Source: an uncultured Candidatus Bathyarchaeia archaeon
GTDB lineage: Archaea; Thermoproteota; Bathyarchaeia; 40CM-2-53-6; RBG-13-38-9
Reading direction: 5' to 3'
Length of the DNA: 63,786 bases
Assembly: GCA_964346435.1 (NCBI GenBank)
Contig: CAYFUV010000010.1
Coordinates: 1-63,786 of the forward strand
The notes beneath the pieces were generated by a model, which saw nothing but the letters and a program-made list of their open reading frames with translations, was not told the DNA's origin and did no database searches. The translations under genes and the position numbers were made by a program. Shown here piece by piece: positions 45,069 through 53,990 of the stretch (positions are counted from its first letter, which is position 1; each line of letters opens with the position of its first letter).

Positions 45069-46226
45069 CTATATGCAAATCCAGAAGATTAGAAAATAAT
45101 CAGGTGAATTCAATACACGGATATCCATGGGAATATGGATATGATTGCCGATAAAGCCTTTGAAACTGAGATCACCCTCTTCATATACATAACCGCATCT
45201 ATCAAAAGCCTTATCCTGATTAATACGTTCTACATAGTAGGTATTTATTTCTGCAAATCCGATTTGATCGTACCACTTCAACTCATATTCTATTAGACCT
45301 TGGTCGGCTAAAGACATCACCACATCAATTGCGGTTATAACACCTTCTTGGAAAGTATCATTCCTCAGGTTATGTGGCTCAACTGCGACATTCTCAAATC
45401 GAAGTACTCCTGATGGTGTTATAATTGAAACTTCGGGAATAATCACTTTTCCATTATCTTTTAACCGGTTAACTTCTTCATTAAAGACATCGTATCTTTT
45501 TTGCAAGTCCTTCTCATGAACTCTCAAAAATTCTATGTGCATCTTATCCTTATAGGGAAAATGATCCATCCTAAAGGAATTAGATTCTCGCCATCCACCG
45601 TCATAAAAAGCACAATACCACCAATTTGGCTCTCCATTTATTGAATCTACAACGTAAGTATTCATTGAAGAGTCGAAATAATAATCGACCGATATTTCTC
45701 CCTTCTCATCCAAATGTGCAAGGACATCAAATACTGAAAAATGTCCGCTTTTGAAGATATCTGGTCGTAGAGTTTTGACAGTTTCAGGATCATAGCCAAT
45801 GAAACCAATCCCTTGAATGTTTACAATGGCCTTTGGTTCGGGTTTTTCGATTTCTGGAGTCGTAGGTTCAACACTGGGTGTTGTTAAAGTCTCAACATCT
45901 GGCGAGGTTGTAATTTCGATAGGCCTTGTATAGTCTAAGTTGATATATGCCGCTGCCGAAAATGACGCGATCCCTATGACGAGGACAGCAAATGTAGGAA
46001 GTAGCTTTCTTTTAAGAATTCTGATTAATCTGAATCTAATGTATATGAGGACATGTGCAAGAAATAGAGCTATGAGAGGTAAGTCAAGTCTATTATGGAG
46101 ATAGGCGCCGAGGTATGGATCAACAAAGCCCCTAGTTCGCATATAACCTGAAAATAAAAACAGAATAAAGATGATAAATAGCGCCCAACAAATTATTCTA
46201 TTGGTCTTTCCAACTACGGAAGCCAA
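45069..46226 (-). CDS. membrane-anchored extracytoplasmic protein with two internally repeated ~100-aa modules
   Basis: 385 aa; 3 N-terminal TM helices, a Thr/Pro/Glu-rich linker, then two modules sharing FDV/IDV...G.I...NTY(V/Y)V(D/E)xIN. Confidence 0.5.
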   Translation of the reverse strand: MASVVGKTNRIICWALFIIFILFLFSGYMRTRGFVDPYLGAYLHNRLDLPLIALFLAHVLIYIRFRLIRILKRKLLPTFAVLVIGIASFSAAAYINLDYTRPIEITTSPDVETLTTPSVEPTTPEIEKPEPKAIVNIQGIGFIGYDPETVKTLRPDIFKSGHFSVFDVLAHLDEKGEISVDYYFDSSMNTYVVDSINGEPNWWYCAFYDGGWRESNSFRMDHFPYKDKMHIEFLRVHEKDLQKRYDVFNEEVNRLKDNGKVIIPEVSIITPSGVLRFENVAVEPHNLRNDTFQEGVITAIDVVMSLADQGLIEYELKWYDQIGFAEINTYYVERINQDKAFDRCGYVYEEGDLSFKGFIGNHIHIPMDIRVLNSPDYFLIFWICI

Positions 46227-46270
46227 TTTAGCTCACAAATTTCAAATATTTTGATTAATGAGGATCGCAC

Positions 46271-47365
46271 TCAATTACTCATCATTTCCAATTTTGCGGG
46301 CAAGTATTCGTCCACTATGTATGTCAGGCCATATCTACTAAAAGCTTCTTGCTCAGCCTTCTTCTTGATTTTCATAAATGTCTCAATTTCTCTTTTCCAC
46401 AATTTACCACGATATCTTGGATCTTTTTTTAACTCTTGAAGCCTCTTAATATCTAGCTCAGTAAGCTTATCGCTAGGGAGATCGTACTTAACGATATCTG
46501 AAGCCCATACTCCAGCCCATTTAGCATCTGGAGTATTCAATTCCCGAAGATGGGCTGCATTTGCTGAACCTGATATGATAACCATGGCTATATGCATTCC
46601 CCAGGGATCTCCATCTGTAAATATGTAGACCGGTAATTCCAGCTCATTATTCAACCTTCGGAGTAAATCTCTCGTAGCTCTTGGAGCTTGGCCGGCCGTA
46701 TGAATTAAAATAGATTTAAATTTATCATGAACTCTTTCTTCTACAAATCTCGTAAAAAGACCGCCTTTTTCGATCGCTATGACTTTATCTGCTTTACATT
46801 CTGCAAATTCTGCATTTGTTAATGCTGGGCCTATCATCATTCCGTCAGGATGAGAAGTCAGATTCAACCTTCTCCCTTCATACCCAGGGATTGTATATTC
46901 TATCGTGAGGTCACCAAAGATGGCACTCCTTTCTTCAGGAAAAACATTGAAATCTTCTCTTGAGTGCCCAATTACTGTCTCTAGGTCTGTTATGATATTA
47001 TCGCTTTCTTGCTGATCTTTGAAACTCATTTCATAAGCTTGAGCTGAATAGAAGACATCTCTTAATGTACTCGTCTTTCTCTGAGTACTTAATTCATTGA
47101 CAAATAATGCTGTCCATATGAGCTGAGTTAAAGGACGAATATGTCTTATATTACTTGCACTTCTTTTTACAAATCTATCTCCAAGAACATATTGTCTGAT
47201 GTCATGATCGTAAAATATGTTGGCTATAGATCTGCTAGGCATTTTTGTCCATGGAAACTCCACATTCGATAATTGATCAAAAACTTGAAGTCCAAGATTT
47301 TGTAAGGTTTGTATGACTTTTTCTTTTTTCTTTTTTATCGAAATCTTACTTCTCTTCTCTGTCAT
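46271..47365 (-). CDS. top6A: DNA topoisomerase VI subunit A
   Basis: 364 aa; Spo11/Top6A winged-helix and Toprim (IFTDGDPWG) segments. Confidence 0.9.
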   Translation of the reverse strand: MTEKRSKISIKKKKEKVIQTLQNLGLQVFDQLSNVEFPWTKMPSRSIANIFYDHDIRQYVLGDRFVKRSASNIRHIRPLTQLIWTALFVNELSTQRKTSTLRDVFYSAQAYEMSFKDQQESDNIITDLETVIGHSREDFNVFPEERSAIFGDLTIEYTIPGYEGRRLNLTSHPDGMMIGPALTNAEFAECKADKVIAIEKGGLFTRFVEERVHDKFKSILIHTAGQAPRATRDLLRRLNNELELPVYIFTDGDPWGMHIAMVIISGSANAAHLRELNTPDAKWAGVWASDIVKYDLPSDKLTELDIKRLQELKKDPRYRGKLWKREIETFMKIKKKAEQEAFSRYGLTYIVDEYLPAKLEMMSN

Positions 47366-48938
47366 TTTTAATCGCCCCCTTTAATAGCGGTTCAATATCA
47401 GGCTCCTTCTCCTTTCCAGCTAACTTGGTTGAGAAAGAAGCCATTTTGGGAAGATATTTTGAAAAAATATCGAATCTCTTTCTTTCTCTCTCAATGCGAT
47501 TTTTTCGAGTAAGATAAAGACAAAGCTGTCTGGCAACCTCTCTTAAAGCATTCAAAATTTCATACTCTACTTCTGGCCTATCTGCTATGAATTCTTTTCC
47601 AACAGTTTTGTAAGGTATCTTTAAGCTACATATATGTACGAACACAGCTAATGGATCTTCAGGGAGTACTTTGTAATGCCTCCAATTTATTATGTTATTG
47701 ACAACTTTCCATGAAACATCACTTGCCTCATCAAATAAAAGAGGAATTTTATTAGCAAACCTGTAAAGGATAACTCCTCCTGTCCTAAGAATGTCGCCTC
47801 CGTATGCTACCCCTGCCTCAATAATAAATGGAAAACCTGAGTAAGCAGATGGCTTTCTCTTATGGACGGCGACAAATTCGGGATTTAGCTCTTTTTCTAT
47901 CCCGGCCTTAAGTGAATCGATTCCCAAGGGAGACAAACAACTGGCATCTGGAGGTAGAAAACTCTCATAATTCTTCATACCATTTACTAACAATACTATT
48001 TCATCAGGAGTCAAATCTCTTGGCTTCTTTTTTGGATTCACTCCAGAAAAATCTAAAAATTTTAGTGCAGTAGTCTCTCCAACTCTTTGGAAGTGCGTTC
48101 TCATAAAACTAATCATATTTCTCACATCGGTAACGTTTATCAATCTCCTAATTGTCTCAACATCTACTCCATGTGGATGTGGAATGGTCTCTGTAGGTGG
48201 GTTTGGCATGGTGGTAGCAAATCTTTCGAATTTGTAAAATCTGCCCCTTGGATCTATGAATGTTATATTGGCATATGGAGCAACTATTGCAGTTTGTTTG
48301 AGATATTCTACTATTTTTGCCTTGGCTCTAGCATAATCCGCCTCAGTAAGAAATTCAATTATTGTTCCATGCCATTTTGAATCATTTGGATAAATTTTTT
48401 GATTCAGAATAATTGGTTTATTATTTTTAATATCCATCAACAATTGAAATTCAAATATCTTTGATTTCCCATCACTTGAAATTACTTGAGTTCCTGTATT
48501 TGTTGTTATTTGTCCATAAAGGACAGCCATTTTGCCCCCCAATCCGAAAGTCCCCCTGGTCTGACGAAGTATATATTTTGAGCCAAATAGAACTTGACCA
48601 AATGCCGAGGGTATTACATCAGAACGCATACCAGAACCATTGTCCTCCACCCTGATTCTATATGTGCTTGGTTCCCCTTGAGAATCAGACTCCCTAGATA
48701 ACCTCACGTAGATATTGGGCATAATATTATGTACTTCGCAAGCATCCAAAGAATTTTCAACGAGTTCGCGCACTGTGGAATAAATAGCTCTGGATGGGTT
48801 GGTAAAACCTGCGATATCCCGATTTCTATAAAAGAAATCTGCAGGGCTAATTTCTTCAAAAACTTCTTCCATATATGAATGGACCACCATTTTCAACTTA
48901 GAAATGAAATACTTCTCAAAAGTAATTTCGCAAATCAA
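47346..48938 (-). CDS. top6B: DNA topoisomerase VI subunit B
   Basis: GHKL ATPase motifs ELVENSLDA, DNGSGM, GTFGLGG. The true start may be an internal Met (48890 or 48872). Confidence 0.9.
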   Translation of the reverse strand: MICEITFEKYFISKLKMVVHSYMEEVFEEISPADFFYRNRDIAGFTNPSRAIYSTVRELVENSLDACEVHNIMPNIYVRLSRESDSQGEPSTYRIRVEDNGSGMRSDVIPSAFGQVLFGSKYILRQTRGTFGLGGKMAVLYGQITTNTGTQVISSDGKSKIFEFQLLMDIKNNKPIILNQKIYPNDSKWHGTIIEFLTEADYARAKAKIVEYLKQTAIVAPYANITFIDPRGRFYKFERFATTMPNPPTETIPHPHGVDVETIRRLINVTDVRNMISFMRTHFQRVGETTALKFLDFSGVNPKKKPRDLTPDEIVLLVNGMKNYESFLPPDASCLSPLGIDSLKAGIEKELNPEFVAVHKRKPSAYSGFPFIIEAGVAYGGDILRTGGVILYRFANKIPLLFDEASDVSWKVVNNIINWRHYKVLPEDPLAVFVHICSLKIPYKTVGKEFIADRPEVEYEILNALREVARQLCLYLTRKNRIERERKRFDIFSKYLPKMASFSTKLAGKEKEPDIEPLLKGAIKNDREEK

Positions 48939-48958
48939 AATTAAGCAAGCGTAATAAC

Positions 48959-49561
48959 CTATCGAATTTGTTCCAAAGATTTATCCCATAATTCCGTTTT
49001 CTCTCTCTTTTTCATTTCTCTCCTTTTTCTGATCAAATATTTGTAAACTGTCGAGTGTTGCTTTCCTTTGAGAAGCATGAGGATGGCCTCTCTCGCTATT
49101 GAATGTGTCTCATAGTTCCCAATTATCGAAATAGTATGACCGTAAATAGATATGCTTGCATTACTAAATTCCTCTAGCATACGTCTAATCTTACCTTCTC
49201 GACCGATTACTCTACCTTTTATCCTTTTAATATCATTCTCATTTCTGCCAAAAGTCTCTCTTAAATTCAGAATTTCTAGCACGGCATCCTCATCTTGAAT
49301 AGTAAAGGCTTTTTCCGGAGAGAAACCCCTTCCAATTGCCATAGTTATGTCTCTAGCACACAATAGTCTGGTTGGATCATTGTTCTCAAGTTTGTTGACT
49401 ATTTCAACATTTCCACTTTCACTATCAACTTTAATTTTTACTTTTTGAGCCCTCTCTATTCTCTTTTTTATTTCCCCATTATGACCTAATAGTACTCCAA
49501 TTCTATCACGAGGAATTACTACACTAAGCATGCTTTCCATGTTTACCAACAACCCTTTCAT
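48959..49561 (-). CDS. KH-domain RNA-binding protein (Dim2/Pno1-like, two KH domains)
   Basis: RIGVLLGHNGEIKKRIE and GRVIGREGKIRRMLEE KH cores. Confidence 0.8.
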   Translation of the reverse strand: MKGLLVNMESMLSVVIPRDRIGVLLGHNGEIKKRIERAQKVKIKVDSESGNVEIVNKLENNDPTRLLCARDITMAIGRGFSPEKAFTIQDEDAVLEILNLRETFGRNENDIKRIKGRVIGREGKIRRMLEEFSNASISIYGHTISIIGNYETHSIAREAILMLLKGKQHSTVYKYLIRKRREMKKREKTELWDKSLEQIR

Positions 49562-50330
49562 AAACGATATCGACGGATTCTACCTTCACACGAAGTACTT
49601 CAAAGAATCTAGTCAAGTTAGAAATATCTCTTTTTAAGAGTTCATGAGTTAAAGGATGTCCAATTTTAACAGTCTGCGAAAAATCAAAAATTACTGGCTT
49701 TCCCTTCCACATCATAATGTTGTATTCGCTTAAATCGCCATGAACCAATTGTGCTTTTTCGTATAGAAGTTCGATATAACCCATCAATTTTCTGTAAACT
49801 GACCTAGGCTTTTTCATAAATTCTTCTCTTAAAAGAGGAGCTGGGACACCGTCTTCACCTATGAACTCCATTAGTAAAACGTTTCCCTCGACCTTTATGG
49901 GTTTGGGGGCTCTTACTCCAGCTTTTGTTGCGAGCAACAAGTTCTTAAACTCTTTTTTTGCCCATAGGTAAATAAGCGCTCTAGTAGATCTTGGTACTCT
50001 CTTGAATCTATTATCCCCATCGATATATTGAATCATTCCTTTTCGGAATTCAGATGTGCCAGTTAAGTAAATTTTGATAGCAACATCTTTTTCTTTTGAA
50101 TCTCGACCCCAATATAGACGAGATTCTTTGCCCGATTTAACTACGCCAAAAATATCTTTTAAAATACCGCTATTCAACATGCGATAAATTATCATTAAGG
50201 TAGGCTTGTCAAAAACTTCCTCTAAAGCCTCCATTTCTTCGCTTCTTTTTTCCCGCATTAATCTCTCTGTTTCATACCTTTCCTCTCTGAGTCTTAACTT
50301 AAGAGCTGTCTTATCATTATATTCTGCCAC
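49524..50330 (-). CDS. rio1: RIO1-type serine/threonine protein kinase
   Basis: GKESRLY..., LVHGDLSEYNIM catalytic loop, flexible-loop region. Confidence 0.9.
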   Translation of the reverse strand: MAEYNDKTALKLRLREERYETERLMREKRSEEMEALEEVFDKPTLMIIYRMLNSGILKDIFGVVKSGKESRLYWGRDSKEKDVAIKIYLTGTSEFRKGMIQYIDGDNRFKRVPRSTRALIYLWAKKEFKNLLLATKAGVRAPKPIKVEGNVLLMEFIGEDGVPAPLLREEFMKKPRSVYRKLMGYIELLYEKAQLVHGDLSEYNIMMWKGKPVIFDFSQTVKIGHPLTHELLKRDISNLTRFFEVLRVKVESVDIVYERVVGKHGKHA

Positions 50331-50345
50331 TCTTTTATCTCCGTC

Positions 50346-50651
50346 CTAGAATTTCAAATAACCCTTGTTTTTAAGAGTTACCTCCTGTCCTTTTGTATAT
50401 CTCCACACGATGTCTCCCTTTTCTTCAAATTGGAAATCCCAAGGATCAACAAGAACAGTATCTCCCACACGAATCCAGACCCTTCTTTTCATCTTTCCCC
50501 TAATTCTACATAATCTTTCATGACCGTCTGTACATTTCACACGAAGTCTATCATATCCTAGCATTTGGGTAACCACCCCTAGGACCTGATCACCACTTGG
50601 AAGTACTAGCCTCTTAAGCATCTCTTCACTCAGTACCTTTTTTTTCCCCAT
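50346..50651 (-). CDS. eif1A: translation initiation factor aIF-1A
   Basis: 101 aa S1/OB fold; RLRVKCTDGHERLCRIRGKMKRRVWIRVGDTVLV. Confidence 0.9.
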   Translation of the reverse strand: MGKKKVLSEEMLKRLVLPSGDQVLGVVTQMLGYDRLRVKCTDGHERLCRIRGKMKRRVWIRVGDTVLVDPWDFQFEEKGDIVWRYTKGQEVTLKNKGYLKF

Positions 50652-50831
50652 CGATTTTCTACCCAGATTCTCTCACAATTTTTTTATGAATTTGTTCTCT
50701 TGAGTCAAAAATAAAGGTTTTTCATAAATAGAAGCTTCAACGCGCGCTCGTATGAAAATGATTTTTTACAGGATTTAATAATCAATTATCTTTAGACACG
50801 CGCGTCTCAGGAAAAACTGAAAAAAGACCAA

Positions 50832-51146
50832 TTAACTTCTTAGAGAGCCCAATTTTATTATTTGGACATGTGGAATTCCGTCTATATATATCACTGCTCT
50901 TGGATCAATCAATTTTTTTTCGATCGTTGCATTTACTATTTTTTCCCCAACTAAGTTTGCTAATTCTGCATCACTCAGTAAATTAACTGCCTCTTCAATA
51001 CTGCATAGTATGTCGCCGTAGAAGTCTTTTTTCACTTCCAGCCTAAATTTCCCTTCATGGAAGTTCTTGCCAATAAGGTTCTTATCGCAAATTGCTATTA
51101 AGGAACATCTTTGGTCTCTGTGTATCTTGTAACATACTTCACTCAA
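50832..51146 (-). CDS. small conserved archaeal protein (DUF424-like)
   Basis: 104-aa ORF between the aIF-2beta and aIF-1A genes; the family assignment is from memory and tentative. Confidence 0.55.
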   Translation of the reverse strand: MSEVCYKIHRDQRCSLIAICDKNLIGKNFHEGKFRLEVKKDFYGDILCSIEEAVNLLSDAELANLVGEKIVNATIEKKLIDPRAVIYIDGIPHVQIIKLGSLRS

Positions 51147-51161
51147 TGAATTAAGACTTCC

Positions 51162-51572
51162 TTATGCATTCGTAATAGATGATCTGGCCCCACATGCTTC
51201 ACATACTAAAAATGAAATCCTCTCTTCTTTTTCGATTTTTGTGTCCGGTCTTTTACAAATTGGGCATATTACATACCTGTCACAATAAGTTGTGAGAAGC
51301 CTCATTATTGTTTGTTCGTTGAATTTTCCTTGGAAAATCGCCCTCGTTCCATCTACTGAGGCCGCAGTTGCCATTTCCTTTGTTAAGAATTTCAGAAGTT
51401 GTCGGGGTTCCCTATTCAACTTCGAGCAAATCTCACTGAAATTGTAAATTACGGTCTTTGGCCCGATTATCGTACAAGATGGATTTGGAATATCAAAACG
51501 TTCTCCTGAGGGTATTTTTTGCGGTATTTTTCCGAGAACCCTTTCAAGATATTTTGAATATTCCTCTGTCAT
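51162..51572 (-). CDS. eif2b: translation initiation factor aIF-2 subunit beta
   Basis: YVICPICKRPDTKIEKEERISFLVCEACGA zinc ribbon; 136 aa. Confidence 0.9.
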   Translation of the reverse strand: MTEEYSKYLERVLGKIPQKIPSGERFDIPNPSCTIIGPKTVIYNFSEICSKLNREPRQLLKFLTKEMATAASVDGTRAIFQGKFNEQTIMRLLTTYCDRYVICPICKRPDTKIEKEERISFLVCEACGARSSITNA

Positions 51573-51719
51573 TTATAGACCTCTCCTAAAATTGTAGTAT
51601 TTCTGAATTATTTTTAATTTTGTCGCATTGCAATAAATATCGAAGTTTAATATATATTTTAAAGCCATGTTTTTAAGCATGTGATTAGTAGCGATCTAAT
51701 AATCAAGTGGAAATTTACC

Positions 51720-53327
51720 ATGACTAAATATATCTTCGTCTCAGGAGGCGTTATGTCCGGAATAGGAAAGGGAGTTACCGCTGCATCTGTTGGCAAGATT
51801 TTGCAAGTCAGAAACATTAAGGTAAGTATAGTGAAAATCGATCCGTATCTGAACGCAGATGCGGGAACTATGAATCCGTATACCCACGGAGAAGTTTTTG
51901 TTACTGAAGATGGTGGAGAAACAGATATGGATATAGGAACCTACGAGCGTTTTCTTGATACCAATCTTTCGAAAGATCACAATATCACAACGGGCCAAAT
52001 ATATTTATCAGTAATAGGGAAGGAAAGAGATGGGAAATTTCTGGGAAGATGTGTCCAAATTATACCGCACATTACAGATGAGATTAAGAACCGGATCAGA
52101 AGAATTTCCAAAAAGAATGAGGTTGACTGTCTCATAATAGAAATTGGGGGAACAGTAGGTGATATTGAAAGCCTCCCTTTCTTGGAAGCCGCTCGGCAAA
52201 TGAGAATGGAGGAAGGTTATGAAAACGTCCTTTATGCTCATGTAACTTTAGTTCCTATCTTAACAGTTTTAGGGGAACAAAAAACAAAGCCAACTCAGCA
52301 TAGTGTACAGGAATTAAGAAGGATTGGAATTCAGCCCGATATAATAATAGCCAGGGGTAGAAAACCTCTCCTATCGGGCCCAAGAAAAAAAATCGCGCTT
52401 TTTTGTAACGTTGAAGAACGCGCTGTTTTTACTTCACCAGATATTGAGACTATATACGAATCACCTTTGATTTTAGACAAACAAAATATTGGTGATTATA
52501 TTTGCAAGAGAATGGAAATGCGTCATAAAAAGCAAAATTGGGATAGCTGGAAGCGCATAATTAATAATTTTATTGAACCAAAAAATAGAGTGAAAATAGC
52601 AATATGCGGAAAATATGCTGAGTTTGCAGATTCTTACGTTAGTGTCAATGAAGCCCTTAAGCATTCCGGGGCATCGCTCGAGGCAAAAATAGATCTAGAA
52701 TGGATAGAAACAGAAATCTTAGAAGCAAATTCCTCAAAACTGAAATCGCTCTCTGAATTCGATGGTATATTGATCCCTGGTGGATTTGGAATTAGAGGAA
52801 CCGAGGGAAAAATAAATGCGATAAAATATGCTAGAACTGAGAAAATTCCTTTCCTTGGAATTTGCCTTGGATTTCAACTGGTCGTGGTGGAATTCGCGAG
52901 ATATATTGGATTGAAGGGAGCAAATAGTACAGAAAATGATCCGAATACTGAACATCCAGTTGTAGATTTAATGCCTGAACAGAAAGACATCAATATTAAA
53001 GGTGCTACTATGAGATTGGGAGCCCAAGAAGTAATAATTTCTCCAAATACAATGGCTTATGAACTTTATAAGAAGAACAAAGTCACCGAAAGACATAGAC
53101 ATAGATACGAAGTAAATCCAAATTATATTAAACGATTAGAAGAAAATGGAATGGTTTTTTCTGGAAAAAGTCCAGATGGAATGCGAATGGAGATACTGGA
53201 AATCTCGAATACTCCATTCCATTTTGCTACCCAGTTTCATGGAGAATTCAAATCGAGACCCGGGAGACCATCCCCTTCATATTATGGGTTCATAAAAGCT
53301 TGTTTAGATAAAAAACGCGTCCACTAA
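51720..53327 (+). CDS. pyrG: CTP synthase
   Basis: Start chosen at MTKYIFVSGGVMSGIGKG (the ORF extends to 51681); GICLGFQ glutaminase Cys; HRHRYEVN. Confidence 0.95.
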   Translation: MTKYIFVSGGVMSGIGKGVTAASVGKILQVRNIKVSIVKIDPYLNADAGTMNPYTHGEVFVTEDGGETDMDIGTYERFLDTNLSKDHNITTGQIYLSVIGKERDGKFLGRCVQIIPHITDEIKNRIRRISKKNEVDCLIIEIGGTVGDIESLPFLEAARQMRMEEGYENVLYAHVTLVPILTVLGEQKTKPTQHSVQELRRIGIQPDIIIARGRKPLLSGPRKKIALFCNVEERAVFTSPDIETIYESPLILDKQNIGDYICKRMEMRHKKQNWDSWKRIINNFIEPKNRVKIAICGKYAEFADSYVSVNEALKHSGASLEAKIDLEWIETEILEANSSKLKSLSEFDGILIPGGFGIRGTEGKINAIKYARTEKIPFLGICLGFQLVVVEFARYIGLKGANSTENDPNTEHPVVDLMPEQKDINIKGATMRLGAQEVIISPNTMAYELYKKNKVTERHRHRYEVNPNYIKRLEENGMVFSGKSPDGMRMEILEISNTPFHFATQFHGEFKSRPGRPSPSYYGFIKACLDKKRVH

Positions 53328-53411
53328 ATACAATAATGCGCTCTATAAAACAAAAAAGATTTCAAGCCTCCCAGCATATATGCATTAGTTACTTGAAAAG
53401 GAGTTGTTTCA

Positions 53412-53924
53412 ATGCGGTTAGGTAAAGGAAGAACAGTTTTAGAAATCAGCATTATGGCCGTTTTTACAGCCCTCGTCGTGGTTACTACATTGGCAGTTCG
53501 GATACCAATCCCAGCAACTGGAGGTTATATAAATGTGGGCGATGCGATAATTTTTACAGCCGCGCTTTCTATGGGGTGGCTCGTCGGAGGGATAGCAGGA
53601 GGATTAGGTTCGGCTATTGCTGATATGGTAGGATATCCAGTTTTTGCTCCTTTCACTCTAGTGATCAAGGGATTAGAAGGTTTTATAGCGGGTATTATTG
53701 CAAATGGAATAAGTATGAAACGAGATATGCTGGGATGGGGACTTGGCTCAATAATTATGATCATGGGTTATTTCATTGTGGAGGCATATATCATGCGATT
53801 AGGATTGACAATCGCGTTGGTTGAAGTTCCTGGAAATTTCTTTCAAGTTGCTGTTGGAGGTCTAATTGGATTGCCTCTTAGCCGCCTAATTAGAAGAAGA
53901 ATGGGACTCTATTTTAGAATCTAA
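53412..53924 (+). CDS. ECF-transporter S-component-like membrane protein (substrate unknown)
   Basis: 170 aa, 5-6 TM; IPIPATGGYINVGDAIIF...GSAIADM pattern typical of S components. No EcfT/EcfA nearby. Confidence 0.6.
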   Translation: MRLGKGRTVLEISIMAVFTALVVVTTLAVRIPIPATGGYINVGDAIIFTAALSMGWLVGGIAGGLGSAIADMVGYPVFAPFTLVIKGLEGFIAGIIANGISMKRDMLGWGLGSIIMIMGYFIVEAYIMRLGLTIALVEVPGNFFQVAVGGLIGLPLSRLIRRRMGLYFRI

Positions 53925-53990
53925 ATTAATAATGCGCGCTATTGGCTTCCGAATATAATAATGGCGTTGGATTAAGGATTTAGATAAGAT

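Noticed and set aside
53328-53411. Possible riboswitch upstream of the ECF S-component gene
   Set aside because: The 84-nt leader is too short and lacks conserved cores I would recognise (for example the TPP CUGAGA, or FMN and preQ1 signatures). A Shine-Dalgarno-like AAGGAG and promoter-like elements explain the spacer.
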